A stretch of DNA of 43,322 nt from Candidatus Omnitrophota bacterium (GCA_043820815.1 JBDRDJ010000029.1:1-43322), one strand, 5' to 3'; shown: positions 8,200 to 17,544, counted from the stretch's first letter. A program made the numbers and translations. Notes: a model not told the origin generated them from the letters alone.

Positions 8200-9126
8200 A
8201 TGCAAGAGTGGAATAAAAAACACATATTAGGAATTAAAGAATTGAGCCGGCAGGAGATAGAAACCATATTTTCTCTTTCCGGCTCTTTTAAAGAGATTTC
8301 GGAAAGGGAAGTTAAAAAAGTCCCTGCTCTTAGGGGAAAAACAATAATAAACCTTTTCTTTGAAAACTCAACGCGCACCCGGACATCGTTTGAGCTGGCG
8401 GCAAAGCGTTTAAGCGCCGACGTAGTTAATTTTTCCTCTTCCGCCAGCAGCCTCAAGAAAGGTGAAACAGTAGTCGATACGATTAAAAACCTTGAGGCAT
8501 ACCACCCCGACATCATGATTATCCGCATAGCACAAAGTGCGTCTTTGAGCACTCTTTCAAAATATACTCAGGCAAGCATAGTAAATGCCGGAGACGGAAG
8601 CAATGAGCATCCCACCCAGGCTCTTTTAGATATGTTTACCGTTTTTCAGGAAAAGGGAAGCCTTGACGGTTTAAACGTTCTTATTGTCGGTGATATTTTG
8701 CACTCGCGGGTAGGACGGTCTAACATTTTCGGATTTAAGAAATTCTCCTGTCAAGTCGGCGTTTGCGGGCCGCCAACCCTTATTCCATACCAATTCCAAG
8801 AAATGGGAGTGAGTGTTTCATATGATTTTGACAGCGCTTTAGAAAAAGCCGATGTTATTATGATGCTTAGAATCCAGAGAGAAAGGCAGATGTCATCATT
8901 CTTTCCCACTGTTCGCGAATACGTAGATAATTTTTCGTTAACAAAAAAGAGAGCAGGCCGGCTTAAAGAAAATTGTCTTATAATGCATCCCGGCCCTATA
9001 AACTGGGACGTTGAAATCAGCTCTTCACTCAAAGAAAAAGTTCACCCTTTGATTCTCAGGCAGGCTGAAAACGGGCTTGCTGTACGTATGGCAGTTTTGT
9101 ATCTGGTAGGCAATAAAAAAGCATAA
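8200..9126 (+). CDS. pyrB: Aspartate carbamoyltransferase
   Basis: FFENSTRTRTSFE, NAGDG..EHPTQALLD, GDILHSRV, RIQRER, MHPGP. Confidence 0.97.
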   Translation: MQEWNKKHILGIKELSRQEIETIFSLSGSFKEISEREVKKVPALRGKTIINLFFENSTRTRTSFELAAKRLSADVVNFSSSASSLKKGETVVDTIKNLEAYHPDIMIIRIAQSASLSTLSKYTQASIVNAGDGSNEHPTQALLDMFTVFQEKGSLDGLNVLIVGDILHSRVGRSNIFGFKKFSCQVGVCGPPTLIPYQFQEMGVSVSYDFDSALEKADVIMMLRIQRERQMSSFFPTVREYVDNFSLTKKRAGRLKENCLIMHPGPINWDVEISSSLKEKVHPLILRQAENGLAVRMAVLYLVGNKKA

Positions 9127-9157
9127 GATTTAAAGATATATTGAGGGAAAAACCGAA

Positions 9158-10441
9158 ATGAAAATTCTTATTAAGAACGGAACAGTTGTTAACCATGATT
9201 CAGAAGCCCTTAAAGATGTCCTCATTTCAGACAGTAAAATAATCCTCACTGACAAGAATATTACTGAAAAAGCAGATAAAGAAATTGACGCAAAAGGCAA
9301 ACATCTATTTCCCGGTTTTATCGATATGCATGCGCATTTGCGCACCCCCGGAAGAGAAGATGAAGAAGATTTATCAAGCGGCTCGGCGGCAGCGGCAAAA
9401 GGAGGCTTTACTACCCTTTGCTGTATGCCTAATACAAACCCGGCCATTGATACAGAAGGCCTTGCAAAATGGATTGTTTCCGAGTCACAAAGATTAGGGA
9501 CAATAGATATCTACCCCATAGGAGCTATTACTAAAGGCAGAAAGGGCAAGGAATTGACAGAATTCGGAGCCTTAAAAAAATCCGGGTGCGTTGCTCTTAG
9601 CGATGACGGTAACTCTCTGCCTGACAGCTTGATTCTCCGGAGAGCCTTAGAGTATGCGAGAATGCACGGGCTCCTGATTATTTCTCATTGTGAGGATTCA
9701 CATCTTTCAAATAAAGGGGCTATGCGTGAAAGTTTTGTTTCGTCAAAATACGGGATGCCCGCGATACCCAATATCTCCGAAAGCTTGATTGTTGCCCGTG
9801 ATATCGAGGTTGCGAAATATTTAGACAGCCGGATTCATCTTGCCCATATAAGTTCGGCTAAAAGTATTGAGGTAATAAGGAACGCAAAAAAACACGGAGC
9901 CAGCGTAACCTGTGAAACCTGCCCTCATTATTTTTCACTGACCGTAGAGGACATAGAAAAGCGCGCTTTTGACGGTAATCTAAAAGTAAACCCTCCTCTT
10001 GGGACAAAAGATGATATCGAGGCGATAAAACTGGCGCTTAAAGAAGGGGTAATTGATTGCATTACAACAGATCATGCTCCGCATTCGCTGGCCGGAAAGG
10101 AACTTCCTTTTGAAGAGGCACCTTTTGGTGTCATCGGTTTAGAATTCGCATTTTCACTCTCTTATGAAAAATTAGTAAAAACACGTTTCTTAAAACTACG
10201 GGAACTTGCGGAAAAGCTGTCATACAATCCCGCTAAAATTTTGAACTTAACCAATAAAGGAAAAATAGAGCAAAATTATTGTGCCGATATTGTGATAGTC
10301 GATCTTGAAAAAAAATGGCAGATTAAAGAAGAAGAGATACTTTCAAAATCCAAGAATACCCCGTTTTTAAATTACGAACTGAGCTCAACCGTAGAAATAA
10401 CTATCCAAAAAGGAAAAATAGCCTATAGCCGGCAAAGCTAG
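9158..10441 (+). CDS. pyrC: Dihydroorotase
   Basis: DMHAHLRTPG, MPNTNP, HCED, KVNPPL, TDHAPH, SKSKNTPF. Confidence 0.95.
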   Translation: MKILIKNGTVVNHDSEALKDVLISDSKIILTDKNITEKADKEIDAKGKHLFPGFIDMHAHLRTPGREDEEDLSSGSAAAAKGGFTTLCCMPNTNPAIDTEGLAKWIVSESQRLGTIDIYPIGAITKGRKGKELTEFGALKKSGCVALSDDGNSLPDSLILRRALEYARMHGLLIISHCEDSHLSNKGAMRESFVSSKYGMPAIPNISESLIVARDIEVAKYLDSRIHLAHISSAKSIEVIRNAKKHGASVTCETCPHYFSLTVEDIEKRAFDGNLKVNPPLGTKDDIEAIKLALKEGVIDCITTDHAPHSLAGKELPFEEAPFGVIGLEFAFSLSYEKLVKTRFLKLRELAEKLSYNPAKILNLTNKGKIEQNYCADIVIVDLEKKWQIKEEEILSKSKNTPFLNYELSSTVEITIQKGKIAYSRQS

Positions 10442-10493
10442 GCTAAAAAGAAGAACCATTAAGTCAATTAATTTAATAGTAGGATCATAAAAC

Positions 10494-11729
10494 ATGCAAT
10501 TCGTAGCCGATTTTCATATCCACTCTAAATATTCCCGGGCAACCTCAAAGGATATGAACGTTGCTAATCTTAGCCATTGGGCAAAGTTAAAAGGGGTAAA
10601 TCTATTGGGCACAGGAGATTTTACCCATCATCTATGGCTGCAGGAGTTAAAGGCCAACATTGTGCCGGAAGAAAAAAAAGGATTGTTTTCTTATGAAAGA
10701 GTGTCTTTTATTTTATCCGGAGAGATATCAAGCATATTTTCTCAAGGGGGGAGAGGCTACAGGGTTCATAATTTAGTAATGGTGCCGTCGTTTGGCATGG
10801 CTGAAGAAATAAACGATATGCTTTCACACTACGGCAATCTGGCTTCCGACGGAAGGCCTATTCTCGGGATAAGCTGCATCCAGCTGGCAAAGGAATTATC
10901 GCGAATATCCCCGGATATAATGCTTGTTCCGGCGCATATCTGGACTCCCTGGTTCTCGGTGTTCGGGTCAAACTCAGGATTTAATTCTCTCGAAGAAGCT
11001 TTCGGGAAATATACAAATACAATAACAGCCTTGGAAACCGGCCTTTCATCGGACCCCGCAATGAACTGGCGGTGTTCTAATTTAGATAAGTATTCTCTGA
11101 TTTCAAACTCTGATTCCCATTCTCCTAACCGCATAGGGCGCGAAGCTAATATTTTTGACTGCGGGCTTGATTACTGGGAAATAAAAAAGGTTTTAGAAAC
11201 AAAGGATAGAGAAAAATTTTTATATACAATTGAGTTTTTTCCGGAAGAGGGAAAATATCATTATGACGGGCACCGTAATTGCAATATCCGCTTTGAGCCA
11301 AAACAAACAAAAGAGCATAAGGGAATATGCCCCCAGTGCAAGAGGGCTCTTACAAGAGGAGTGCTTTATAGAGTCGATGAGCTTGCCGATAGAGAGGATG
11401 GTTTTATCCCCGAAAGTAGTATCGGTTACAAGAGTTGTGTTCCCCTCGATGAAATTATAGCTGAAGCCAAAGGTTTAGGTAAACAGAGTAAAGCAGTATC
11501 AAAAACTTATTTAGATTTGGTTTATGCCTTTGGGTCAGAATTTAATATATTAATTAATGCCGGCGAAAAGGAACTTTTTTCAAAAGCACCTGAGCAGATA
11601 GCCGAGGGAATAAAACGCATAAGAAACAAAGAGCTCAATATTATCCCCGGTTACGACGGAGAATACGGTATTATAAAGATCTTTGATAAAGAAGAAAAGA
11701 AAACCAACGAACAACTTATGTTATTTTAA
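10494..11729 (+). CDS. Endonuclease Q family (PHP-like domain plus Zn finger)
   Basis: ADFHIHSKYSRATS, GTGDFTH, PAHIWTPWFS, ETGLSSDP, SNSDSHS, GKYH, CPQC, PGYDGEYG. Confidence 0.85.
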   Translation: MQFVADFHIHSKYSRATSKDMNVANLSHWAKLKGVNLLGTGDFTHHLWLQELKANIVPEEKKGLFSYERVSFILSGEISSIFSQGGRGYRVHNLVMVPSFGMAEEINDMLSHYGNLASDGRPILGISCIQLAKELSRISPDIMLVPAHIWTPWFSVFGSNSGFNSLEEAFGKYTNTITALETGLSSDPAMNWRCSNLDKYSLISNSDSHSPNRIGREANIFDCGLDYWEIKKVLETKDREKFLYTIEFFPEEGKYHYDGHRNCNIRFEPKQTKEHKGICPQCKRALTRGVLYRVDELADREDGFIPESSIGYKSCVPLDEIIAEAKGLGKQSKAVSKTYLDLVYAFGSEFNILINAGEKELFSKAPEQIAEGIKRIRNKELNIIPGYDGEYGIIKIFDKEEKKTNEQLMLF

Positions 11730-11762
11730 TTGCAGGGAACGGCCGCGGCCGTTCCCTGCAAT
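11729..11762. repeat. Perfect 34-bp REP-like palindrome
   Basis: ATTGCAGGGAACGGCCG|CGGCCGTTCCCTGCAAT. Confidence 0.85.
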
Positions 11763-11778
11763 CTTCGGTCCCGAGATA

Positions 11779-11851
11779 GTCCCTATAGCTCAAACGGATA
11801 GAGCGCTGGCCTCCGGAGCCTGAAGTGCAGGTTCAATTCCTGCTAGGGACA
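11779..11851 (+). tRNA. tRNA-Arg (CCG)
   Basis: GTCCCTA/TAGGGAC acceptor, loop CTCCGGA, GGTTCAA. Confidence 0.92.
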
Positions 11852-11864
11852 CGTTTGTAGAATA

Positions 11865-11893
11865 TGCAGGGGCGGCCCTTGCGGCCGTCCGTA
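11865..11893 (+). repeat. REP-like hairpin GCAG-GGGCGGCC-CTTGC-GGCCGTCC
   Basis: Tetranucleotide plus GC stem with the same CTTGC loop as 37179-37203. Confidence 0.7.
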
Positions 11894-11920
11894 ACACCGG
11901 TATGTTCGTTAATTCGTGTT

Positions 11921-12382
11921 ATGAATGTAGCAGTAGTAGGTGGATATAGATGTTCCAAAAAAGCCTATAAGACGGCATATGAGGTAGGTAAACTTATTGC
12001 CCAAGAAGGGTGGGTTTTAACCTGCGGCGGGGGCAGCGGCGTTATGGAAGCTGCCTGCCGCGGGGCAAAAGAAAAAGGCGGTTTGACAGTGGGGATTCTT
12101 CCCGGTTATGATGTTAAAGAAGCCAATAAATACCTTGATGTAAAGATCCCTACCGGTTTAGGGTATGCCCGGAATATTTTGGTTGTGCGTTCAGCAAGCG
12201 CAATAGTAGCAGTCGATGGAAAATACGGGACATTATCAGAAATAGCATTCGCTTTAAACGAGGATAAGACAGTCATAGGAATTGGCTCATGGGATATACC
12301 CGGAGTTGTTAGAGTAAAAACTCCCTCTAAAGCCCTGGAGCATATACACCGCGCTATCTTAAGAAATAAAAAAAATGCTTAA
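11921..12382 (+). CDS. LOG/SLOG family Rossmann-fold protein (TIGR00725-like)
   Basis: LTCGGGSGVMEAACRGA, GLGYARN, GKYGTLSEIAFAL. Start moved to ATG 11921 because the upstream extension is repeat sequence. Confidence 0.88.
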   Translation: MNVAVVGGYRCSKKAYKTAYEVGKLIAQEGWVLTCGGGSGVMEAACRGAKEKGGLTVGILPGYDVKEANKYLDVKIPTGLGYARNILVVRSASAIVAVDGKYGTLSEIAFALNEDKTVIGIGSWDIPGVVRVKTPSKALEHIHRAILRNKKNA

Positions 12383-12887
12383 CAGGAAAGAAATAAAAGA
12401 ATTAATCGAAAAAGAAAACCTTATCCAGGATTATATTAACTTAGAAATTCAGATTACACCCAACGGGTTCGATCTAACAGCAGCAAAAATTTTTAAGTTT
12501 GAATCAAAAGGGAATCTGGATTTTTCAAATTCAGAACGTAAACTTTCAGAGGCAAAAGAATTAGAACCCGTTAAGAACTCCTCAGGCGATAAATACGGAT
12601 GGTGGAAACTTTCAAAAGGATCGTATAAAGTTAAAACCAATGAAACAATAAATATGCCGAATACAATATCTGCCTTGGCATTAAGCCGGACATCGCTTCT
12701 TAGGATGGGAGCGGCTTTGTCTACGGGTGTTTGGGATGCGGGGTTTAAAGGTAAGAGCGAATTTATGTTAAATGTTGCAAACCCGGAAGGTATATGCATA
12801 AAGCAAAATGCCCGCATTGCCCAGCTTGTTTTCTTTAAAATTAATGAGAGCAAAGGCTACAACGGCATCTACCAAAACTCGAAATAG
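12375..12887 (+). CDS. dUTPase / dCTP deaminase family (archaeal-like)
   Basis: PNGFDLT, SRTSLLRMG, GVWDAGFKG, ARIAQLVF, GYNGIYQ. Confidence 0.85.
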   Translation: MLNRKEIKELIEKENLIQDYINLEIQITPNGFDLTAAKIFKFESKGNLDFSNSERKLSEAKELEPVKNSSGDKYGWWKLSKGSYKVKTNETINMPNTISALALSRTSLLRMGAALSTGVWDAGFKGKSEFMLNVANPEGICIKQNARIAQLVFFKINESKGYNGIYQNSK

Positions 12888-12900
12888 CATTCATTGAAAA

Positions 12901-13125
12901 ATGGAAACAGACAATTTCGATTTTAAAGATGATAGCGAAGAACCAGAACAGCTCGATTTTAGCAAAACTACAAACTGCCCTCATTGTATGAAACCGATAC
13001 CTAAAAACTCAACCATGTGCCTGTATTGCGGCGATGAGGTTGATTTAGCAGAAAAGACGCAATGGATTAAGTGGGCGGTCACAGTTATTGTAATTATTTT
13101 CCTAGCCGCTATTTTATTGCGGTGA
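12901..13125 (+). CDS. Small zinc-ribbon membrane protein
   Basis: CPHC-x10-CLYC plus C-terminal TM helix. Confidence 0.7.
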   Translation: METDNFDFKDDSEEPEQLDFSKTTNCPHCMKPIPKNSTMCLYCGDEVDLAEKTQWIKWAVTVIVIIFLAAILLR

Positions 13126-13126
13126 A

Positions 13127-13552
13127 TTGGGCGAGGAGGTGAAGGTGGTGGATAAAGAGTTTGGAGGAACAGAGAGAAGAAAACATGTGCGCTGGGCCGA
13201 GAAATTTCCCAGCGAATTTATTTTCTGCAGCAATTTTGTTGCGCCTGGGCTTCCTAAGAAATTGAAGGGGACGATCATAAACATATCATCTTCCGGGGCT
13301 TGTGCAAAAGTTGAGAATTTTGAAGAGAAATGGAAAGAAAGCTTGCGTTCCGGGATTATAAGAGTGATAATAAAAGCTGCGATTTCAAAAAACGAATCCC
13401 AAATCAAAGCTTTGGCTAAAGTCGTGTGGGTTAAAAAACATGTTGAGGGGGGCTCTATTTTTGATATGGGGATGGAGTTTATCGATATTACCACAAGGGA
13501 CCGCGACATTCTTACAGAAAGTATATTAGATTCATTCTTAGAAGGCGTTTAA
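13127..13552 (+). CDS. PilZ domain protein (c-di-GMP receptor)
   Basis: ERRKHVR (RxxxR) and NISSSGA ([D/N]xSxxG), AKVVW, GMEF. Start may be GTG 13139. Confidence 0.85.
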   Translation: MGEEVKVVDKEFGGTERRKHVRWAEKFPSEFIFCSNFVAPGLPKKLKGTIINISSSGACAKVENFEEKWKESLRSGIIRVIIKAAISKNESQIKALAKVVWVKKHVEGGSIFDMGMEFIDITTRDRDILTESILDSFLEGV

Positions 13553-13573
13553 ATTCAATAAGACAAGTGTAAT

Positions 13574-13966
13574 ATGAGAACAATAGATATAACAACAAAA
13601 AACAGAAGCGAACTTATAGATATTACATCCGAATTAAAGCAGTCGGTTAAAGCAGAGAAAATAAATAACGGTATTTGCGTTGTTTTTTGTCCCCATACAA
13701 CAGGGGCGCTGACAATTAATGAGAACGCAGACCCTTCTGTTAAATCAGATATTCTAAACCACTTAGAAAAACTCGTTCCTGTAATCGGGCCTTATGAGCA
13801 TCAAGAGGGTAATTCCGATTCTCATGTAAAGAGCGCTTTAACGGGAATTTCCCTGATTCTTATTGTGAATAAAGGCGAACTGGTTTTAGGCACCTGGCAG
13901 AGCGTATATTTCTGTGAATTTGACGGGCCCAGGCGCAGGAAAATATATACCCAGACCATAGGATAA
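13574..13966 (+). CDS. yjbQ: YjbQ/UPF0047 family protein
   Basis: PHTTGALTINENADP, GNSDSHVK, LGTWQSVYFCEFDGPR. Confidence 0.92.
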   Translation: MRTIDITTKNRSELIDITSELKQSVKAEKINNGICVVFCPHTTGALTINENADPSVKSDILNHLEKLVPVIGPYEHQEGNSDSHVKSALTGISLILIVNKGELVLGTWQSVYFCEFDGPRRRKIYTQTIG

Positions 13967-14009
13967 AATAGTAAAAAGATTAAATACCCTTTTTAAATAA
14001 AGTAACACA

Positions 14010-14813
14010 ATGCCTGAACTTCCGGAAGTAACGACAATTGTCAACCAGCTGAATAAAGAAATACTGCTAACTAATATAAAAAAAGTTACTGTTACGGATA
14101 AGCGCCTTATTAAGGATGTAGAACCAAATGAATTTATCAAAAAAGTAACCGGTTCGACAATCAAGGAAGTTTTACGCCGGGGAAAAGTAATAATCATAAA
14201 GCTAGAGGATAAGCTGTTTCTCATTTTTCATTTGAGAATAAGCGGATGGCTGCTTTTACACTCCGAATACCAGAAATCGGCACGTGTCAGCTTTGAACTT
14301 TCAAACAACCTTAAGCTTAGTTTCTGTGACCAAAGAGTTTTAGGAGAGATACGCCTGGTAGAAGACTGGCATAACCTGCACATAATCAAGAGCATGGGGC
14401 CTGAACCGTTAAGCCTTTCGGGGGAAAAATTTATTGAATTATTTAAGGGGAAAAAATTAAAAATAAAGCCACTGCTTATGGATCAAACTTTTATAGCAGG
14501 AATAGGGAATTTATATGCCCAGGAGCTGCTTTTTTGCGCCAAAATTAATCCTGAGAAAAGAGCAGATTCGCTAACCAAAGATCAACTGGAAAAACTATAC
14601 AGTTGCCTTATCAATATCCTGAAAGATGCCATTGAAAAAAAAGGTTCATCAGTTGATACTTATCGCCAGGTTAGCGGAAGCAAAGGGGCATATGCAGAAG
14701 TGTTGAAAGTTTATCAGCGTGAAAAGGAGCCTTGCTGCCGGTGTAATCACCCGATTGTAAGAAAAACTATCGCAGGCCGGGGAACATATTTTTGTCCGGA
14801 GTGCCAGAAATAA
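14010..14813 (+). CDS. mutM: Formamidopyrimidine-DNA glycosylase
   Basis: MPELPEV, RRGK, LMDQ..IAGIGNLYA, C-terminal Zn finger. Confidence 0.96.
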   Translation: MPELPEVTTIVNQLNKEILLTNIKKVTVTDKRLIKDVEPNEFIKKVTGSTIKEVLRRGKVIIIKLEDKLFLIFHLRISGWLLLHSEYQKSARVSFELSNNLKLSFCDQRVLGEIRLVEDWHNLHIIKSMGPEPLSLSGEKFIELFKGKKLKIKPLLMDQTFIAGIGNLYAQELLFCAKINPEKRADSLTKDQLEKLYSCLINILKDAIEKKGSSVDTYRQVSGSKGAYAEVLKVYQREKEPCCRCNHPIVRKTIAGRGTYFCPECQK

Positions 14814-14819
14814 ACGCCT

Positions 14820-14900
14820 CGTCCTTCGGCTCATTTCATTCGCTCAGGACGACCCTGAGTCAAGCCTTTAAACAGAGTGTAGAGCGAAGCCGAAGGGTCG
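14820..14900. repeat. Double hairpin of the TTCG/CTCA family
   Basis: CGTCC-TTCG...CTCA-GGACG followed by the inverse CGACCC-TGAG...GCGAAGC-CGAA-GGGTCG. Confidence 0.75.
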
Positions 14901-14939
14901 TTACCCTAACCGAAAGACGTTACCAAAAGTTACTAAATC

Positions 14940-15638
14940 ATGGATATTTCGGCGGTTGTTCCGGTATATAATGAAGAAGAATCCGTTCCGGTACTGAATA
15001 AACGCCTTTTTGATGCCTTAAGCCGCAGTAAACTAAGTTTTGAAATAATTTATGTCAATGACGCAAGTTCTGACTGTTCAAGGGAAATACTTAACAAGAT
15101 AGCAAGCAGCCAAAAAAACACACGCTGTATATCATTTAAAGAAAACAGGGGCCAGTCAGCGGCCCTTAGCTTAGGGTTTAAAGAGGCGCAAGGCATATGG
15201 ATTATTACCCTTGATGCTGATTGTCAGAATCCTCCTGAAGAAATAGATAAGCTTTTAAAACTTAGGAATTCCTATGATTTTATAACAGGAGTCCGCATGC
15301 GCAGGCAAGATACCATAATGAAAAAACTATCTTCTAAGATAGCCCTGTTTTTTAGGAAATTAGTCCTTGGTGATTCAACGAGAGATACGGGATGTTCTTT
15401 GCGCCTGTTTAAAAAAGAGATTGTTGAAAAAATCCCTCTCTTTATAAATTTTCATAGATTCTTTACCTTTCTGGTCAGAGAGGCAGGATTTTCGATTGTA
15501 GAGGTGGAAGTGGGCCATAACAAGCGGGATTTCGGAAAGTCAAAATACAACAATTTTCGCAGAGGTAAAGAAGGCTTGTTTGATTTATGGGGTGTATACT
15601 GGTTAAGAAAACGTGTCATTAAGTATAAAATCCAATGA
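14940..15638 (+). CDS. GT2 polyprenyl-phosphate glycosyltransferase (DPM1/ArnC-like)
   Basis: VVPVYNEEE, NDASSD, NRGQSAA, TLDADCQNPP, DTGCSLR, HRF. Confidence 0.9.
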   Translation: MDISAVVPVYNEEESVPVLNKRLFDALSRSKLSFEIIYVNDASSDCSREILNKIASSQKNTRCISFKENRGQSAALSLGFKEAQGIWIITLDADCQNPPEEIDKLLKLRNSYDFITGVRMRRQDTIMKKLSSKIALFFRKLVLGDSTRDTGCSLRLFKKEIVEKIPLFINFHRFFTFLVREAGFSIVEVEVGHNKRDFGKSKYNNFRRGKEGLFDLWGVYWLRKRVIKYKIQ

Positions 15639-15916
15639 ATTCTGAAATAGTATGGATTACTATCGGAATGTTAGGGCAGTTTCTTTTTTTCTTGCGCTTT
15701 TTCTTTCAGTGGATTGCTTCCGAAAGAAAAAAAGAAAGTGTCATACCGGTTTCATTCTGGTATTTTAGCATTTTAGGAGGGGCTATCCTTCTTACTTATT
15801 CCATATGGCGGCGCGACCCGGTATTTATTTTAGGCCAAAGCTTAGGCATTATCATATACGCACGCAACCTTTATTTTATATACCGCCGCAAGCGTAAGAA
15901 TCTTGCTCAGTCATAA
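15635..15916 (+). CDS. Lipid A biosynthesis N-terminal (LAB_N) domain membrane protein
   Basis: GQFLFFLRFFFQWIASE...SVIPVSFWYFS..G...RDPVFILGQ. Confidence 0.88.
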   Translation: MNSEIVWITIGMLGQFLFFLRFFFQWIASERKKESVIPVSFWYFSILGGAILLTYSIWRRDPVFILGQSLGIIIYARNLYFIYRRKRKNLAQS

Positions 15917-15918
15917 AT

Positions 15919-17544
15919 TTGATTAGAGCTGGGCCCTGTGTGACAAAATTCCCAAGACTTGTCGGTTTTATGTCTTTAACCATACATATAAGAGGCTTGT
16001 TCGAAAAAATCCGCAAAACCAACCCCTATATATTTCTCCTTTTATTATGCGCGTTTCTGTATCTACCGTCTTCTCTTGCCCGAGACCCGCTTGCCCCGGA
16101 TGAGATTCGAAATATTTACATAGCCCAGAATATGGAAGAATTTAATGATTTTCTTTTCCCTAAATATTACGACGAAACTTACTACGAGAAGCCCCCTTTG
16201 TATTTTTGGATTCTTAAAGTTCTTATTTTGCCGGGAAGAAATTATACGTTGTTTTTGACAACGCTTTTTAATGTTTTTGTCGCATGGGGGATATTGTCTT
16301 TAAATTATACACTGTTAAAAAAACGTGCCTCGGCCCTCACTGCTATGGTTTCCTGTATTGTTCTTGCTACAACCGCGATATTTCTCGGTATGAGCGTTTT
16401 GATAAGGATGGATCTTCTTTTTGTTTTTTTTATTTATTTGAGCCTTTTCTTTTTTATACGGGCAATTGAAGAAGAAGATACCTACTGTTTGTTGTTTTCG
16501 GGCATTTTTAGTTTTCTGGCCGTGTTTACCAAAGGCGCTTTAGGAATAATTTTTCCCATAGTTATCGAATCGGCCATGGCGGTTGTACTTTTATTGCGGC
16601 AGAGAAGGGGTATCTTTGAGGACAGAGGAATTACCCCGCAGCAAGTTATATCGTTTTCTGCTTTAGCAAATGCTCTGGCTATAGTTCTTGTTTTCGCATG
16701 GATAACCTTTTTTGCATCAAAAGACCCTTTGTATTTCAGTAAGATGTTTTTTGAACAAACATATTCGCGCGGGCTCAACCCGTCAAACCACACACAGCCG
16801 TTCTTTTACTATATACCGGTTTTTTTTCTTCTGTTTTTGCCCTGGTCATTGGTGGGAAGCGGGTATTTTCTTATAAAAAATAAAAATAGCCGGCCTTTGT
16901 GGGAAACCTTTTTCCTCGTATGGTTTATAGGCGGCCTTGTTGTCCTTTCATTAATCCGTTCTAAATTGCCGATGTATCTTCTTTCGCTTACCATTCCTTT
17001 CAGCGGCCTAACCGCTAAGTTTATTTTAAGTGAAAAAAAGAAAACAAGAAGGGCGCTGTTTATTATAAGTGTTTTTTTCTTTTTCTTTACTTGGGCTGCA
17101 GGATTCGTTTACGCGGTTACACAGAAAATAGGAATACCCTTATTTGCATATTTTACTATACCGCTGTTTGTTGCAATGGCTTGGGCTGTTATTGTTTTTC
17201 CTAAGGAACAAGTCAGGGTTTTTTGTATTTTCTGGATAATATTTATACAGGCTTTAAACATTTTCTGCCTTTCCGTGGTGAGTAACTCCTCAAAATATAA
17301 AAGGATAGTAAATATAATAAACGAATCAACACTTCCTTTTGACAGTATTATTGTTACTGAGAAAAAGCTTATGTTTTTAAACGCTTACCCTTTGAAGAAG
17401 CCCATTGAATACGTTTCCAGCATAGAAAAAGTATGCCGGTCCAATTCTTTTATGTTAATAACCAGACATGATCAATTTCCCTGTGAATTGGAGAAAATTA
17501 TTAAAATAAAAAAATTTTCACTGATGTATAAAAACCATGACTAA
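15919..17544 (+). CDS. ArnT/PMT-like (GT-C) glycosyltransferase (start may be ATG 15970)
   Basis: PDE.R, YYEKPPLYFW, TKG, H.QPFFYY, LPWS, SK.PMY; many TM helices. Confidence 0.87.
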   Translation: MIRAGPCVTKFPRLVGFMSLTIHIRGLFEKIRKTNPYIFLLLLCAFLYLPSSLARDPLAPDEIRNIYIAQNMEEFNDFLFPKYYDETYYEKPPLYFWILKVLILPGRNYTLFLTTLFNVFVAWGILSLNYTLLKKRASALTAMVSCIVLATTAIFLGMSVLIRMDLLFVFFIYLSLFFFIRAIEEEDTYCLLFSGIFSFLAVFTKGALGIIFPIVIESAMAVVLLLRQRRGIFEDRGITPQQVISFSALANALAIVLVFAWITFFASKDPLYFSKMFFEQTYSRGLNPSNHTQPFFYYIPVFFLLFLPWSLVGSGYFLIKNKNSRPLWETFFLVWFIGGLVVLSLIRSKLPMYLLSLTIPFSGLTAKFILSEKKKTRRALFIISVFFFFFTWAAGFVYAVTQKIGIPLFAYFTIPLFVAMAWAVIVFPKEQVRVFCIFWIIFIQALNIFCLSVVSNSSKYKRIVNIINESTLPFDSIIVTEKKLMFLNAYPLKKPIEYVSSIEKVCRSNSFMLITRHDQFPCELEKIIKIKKFSLMYKNHD

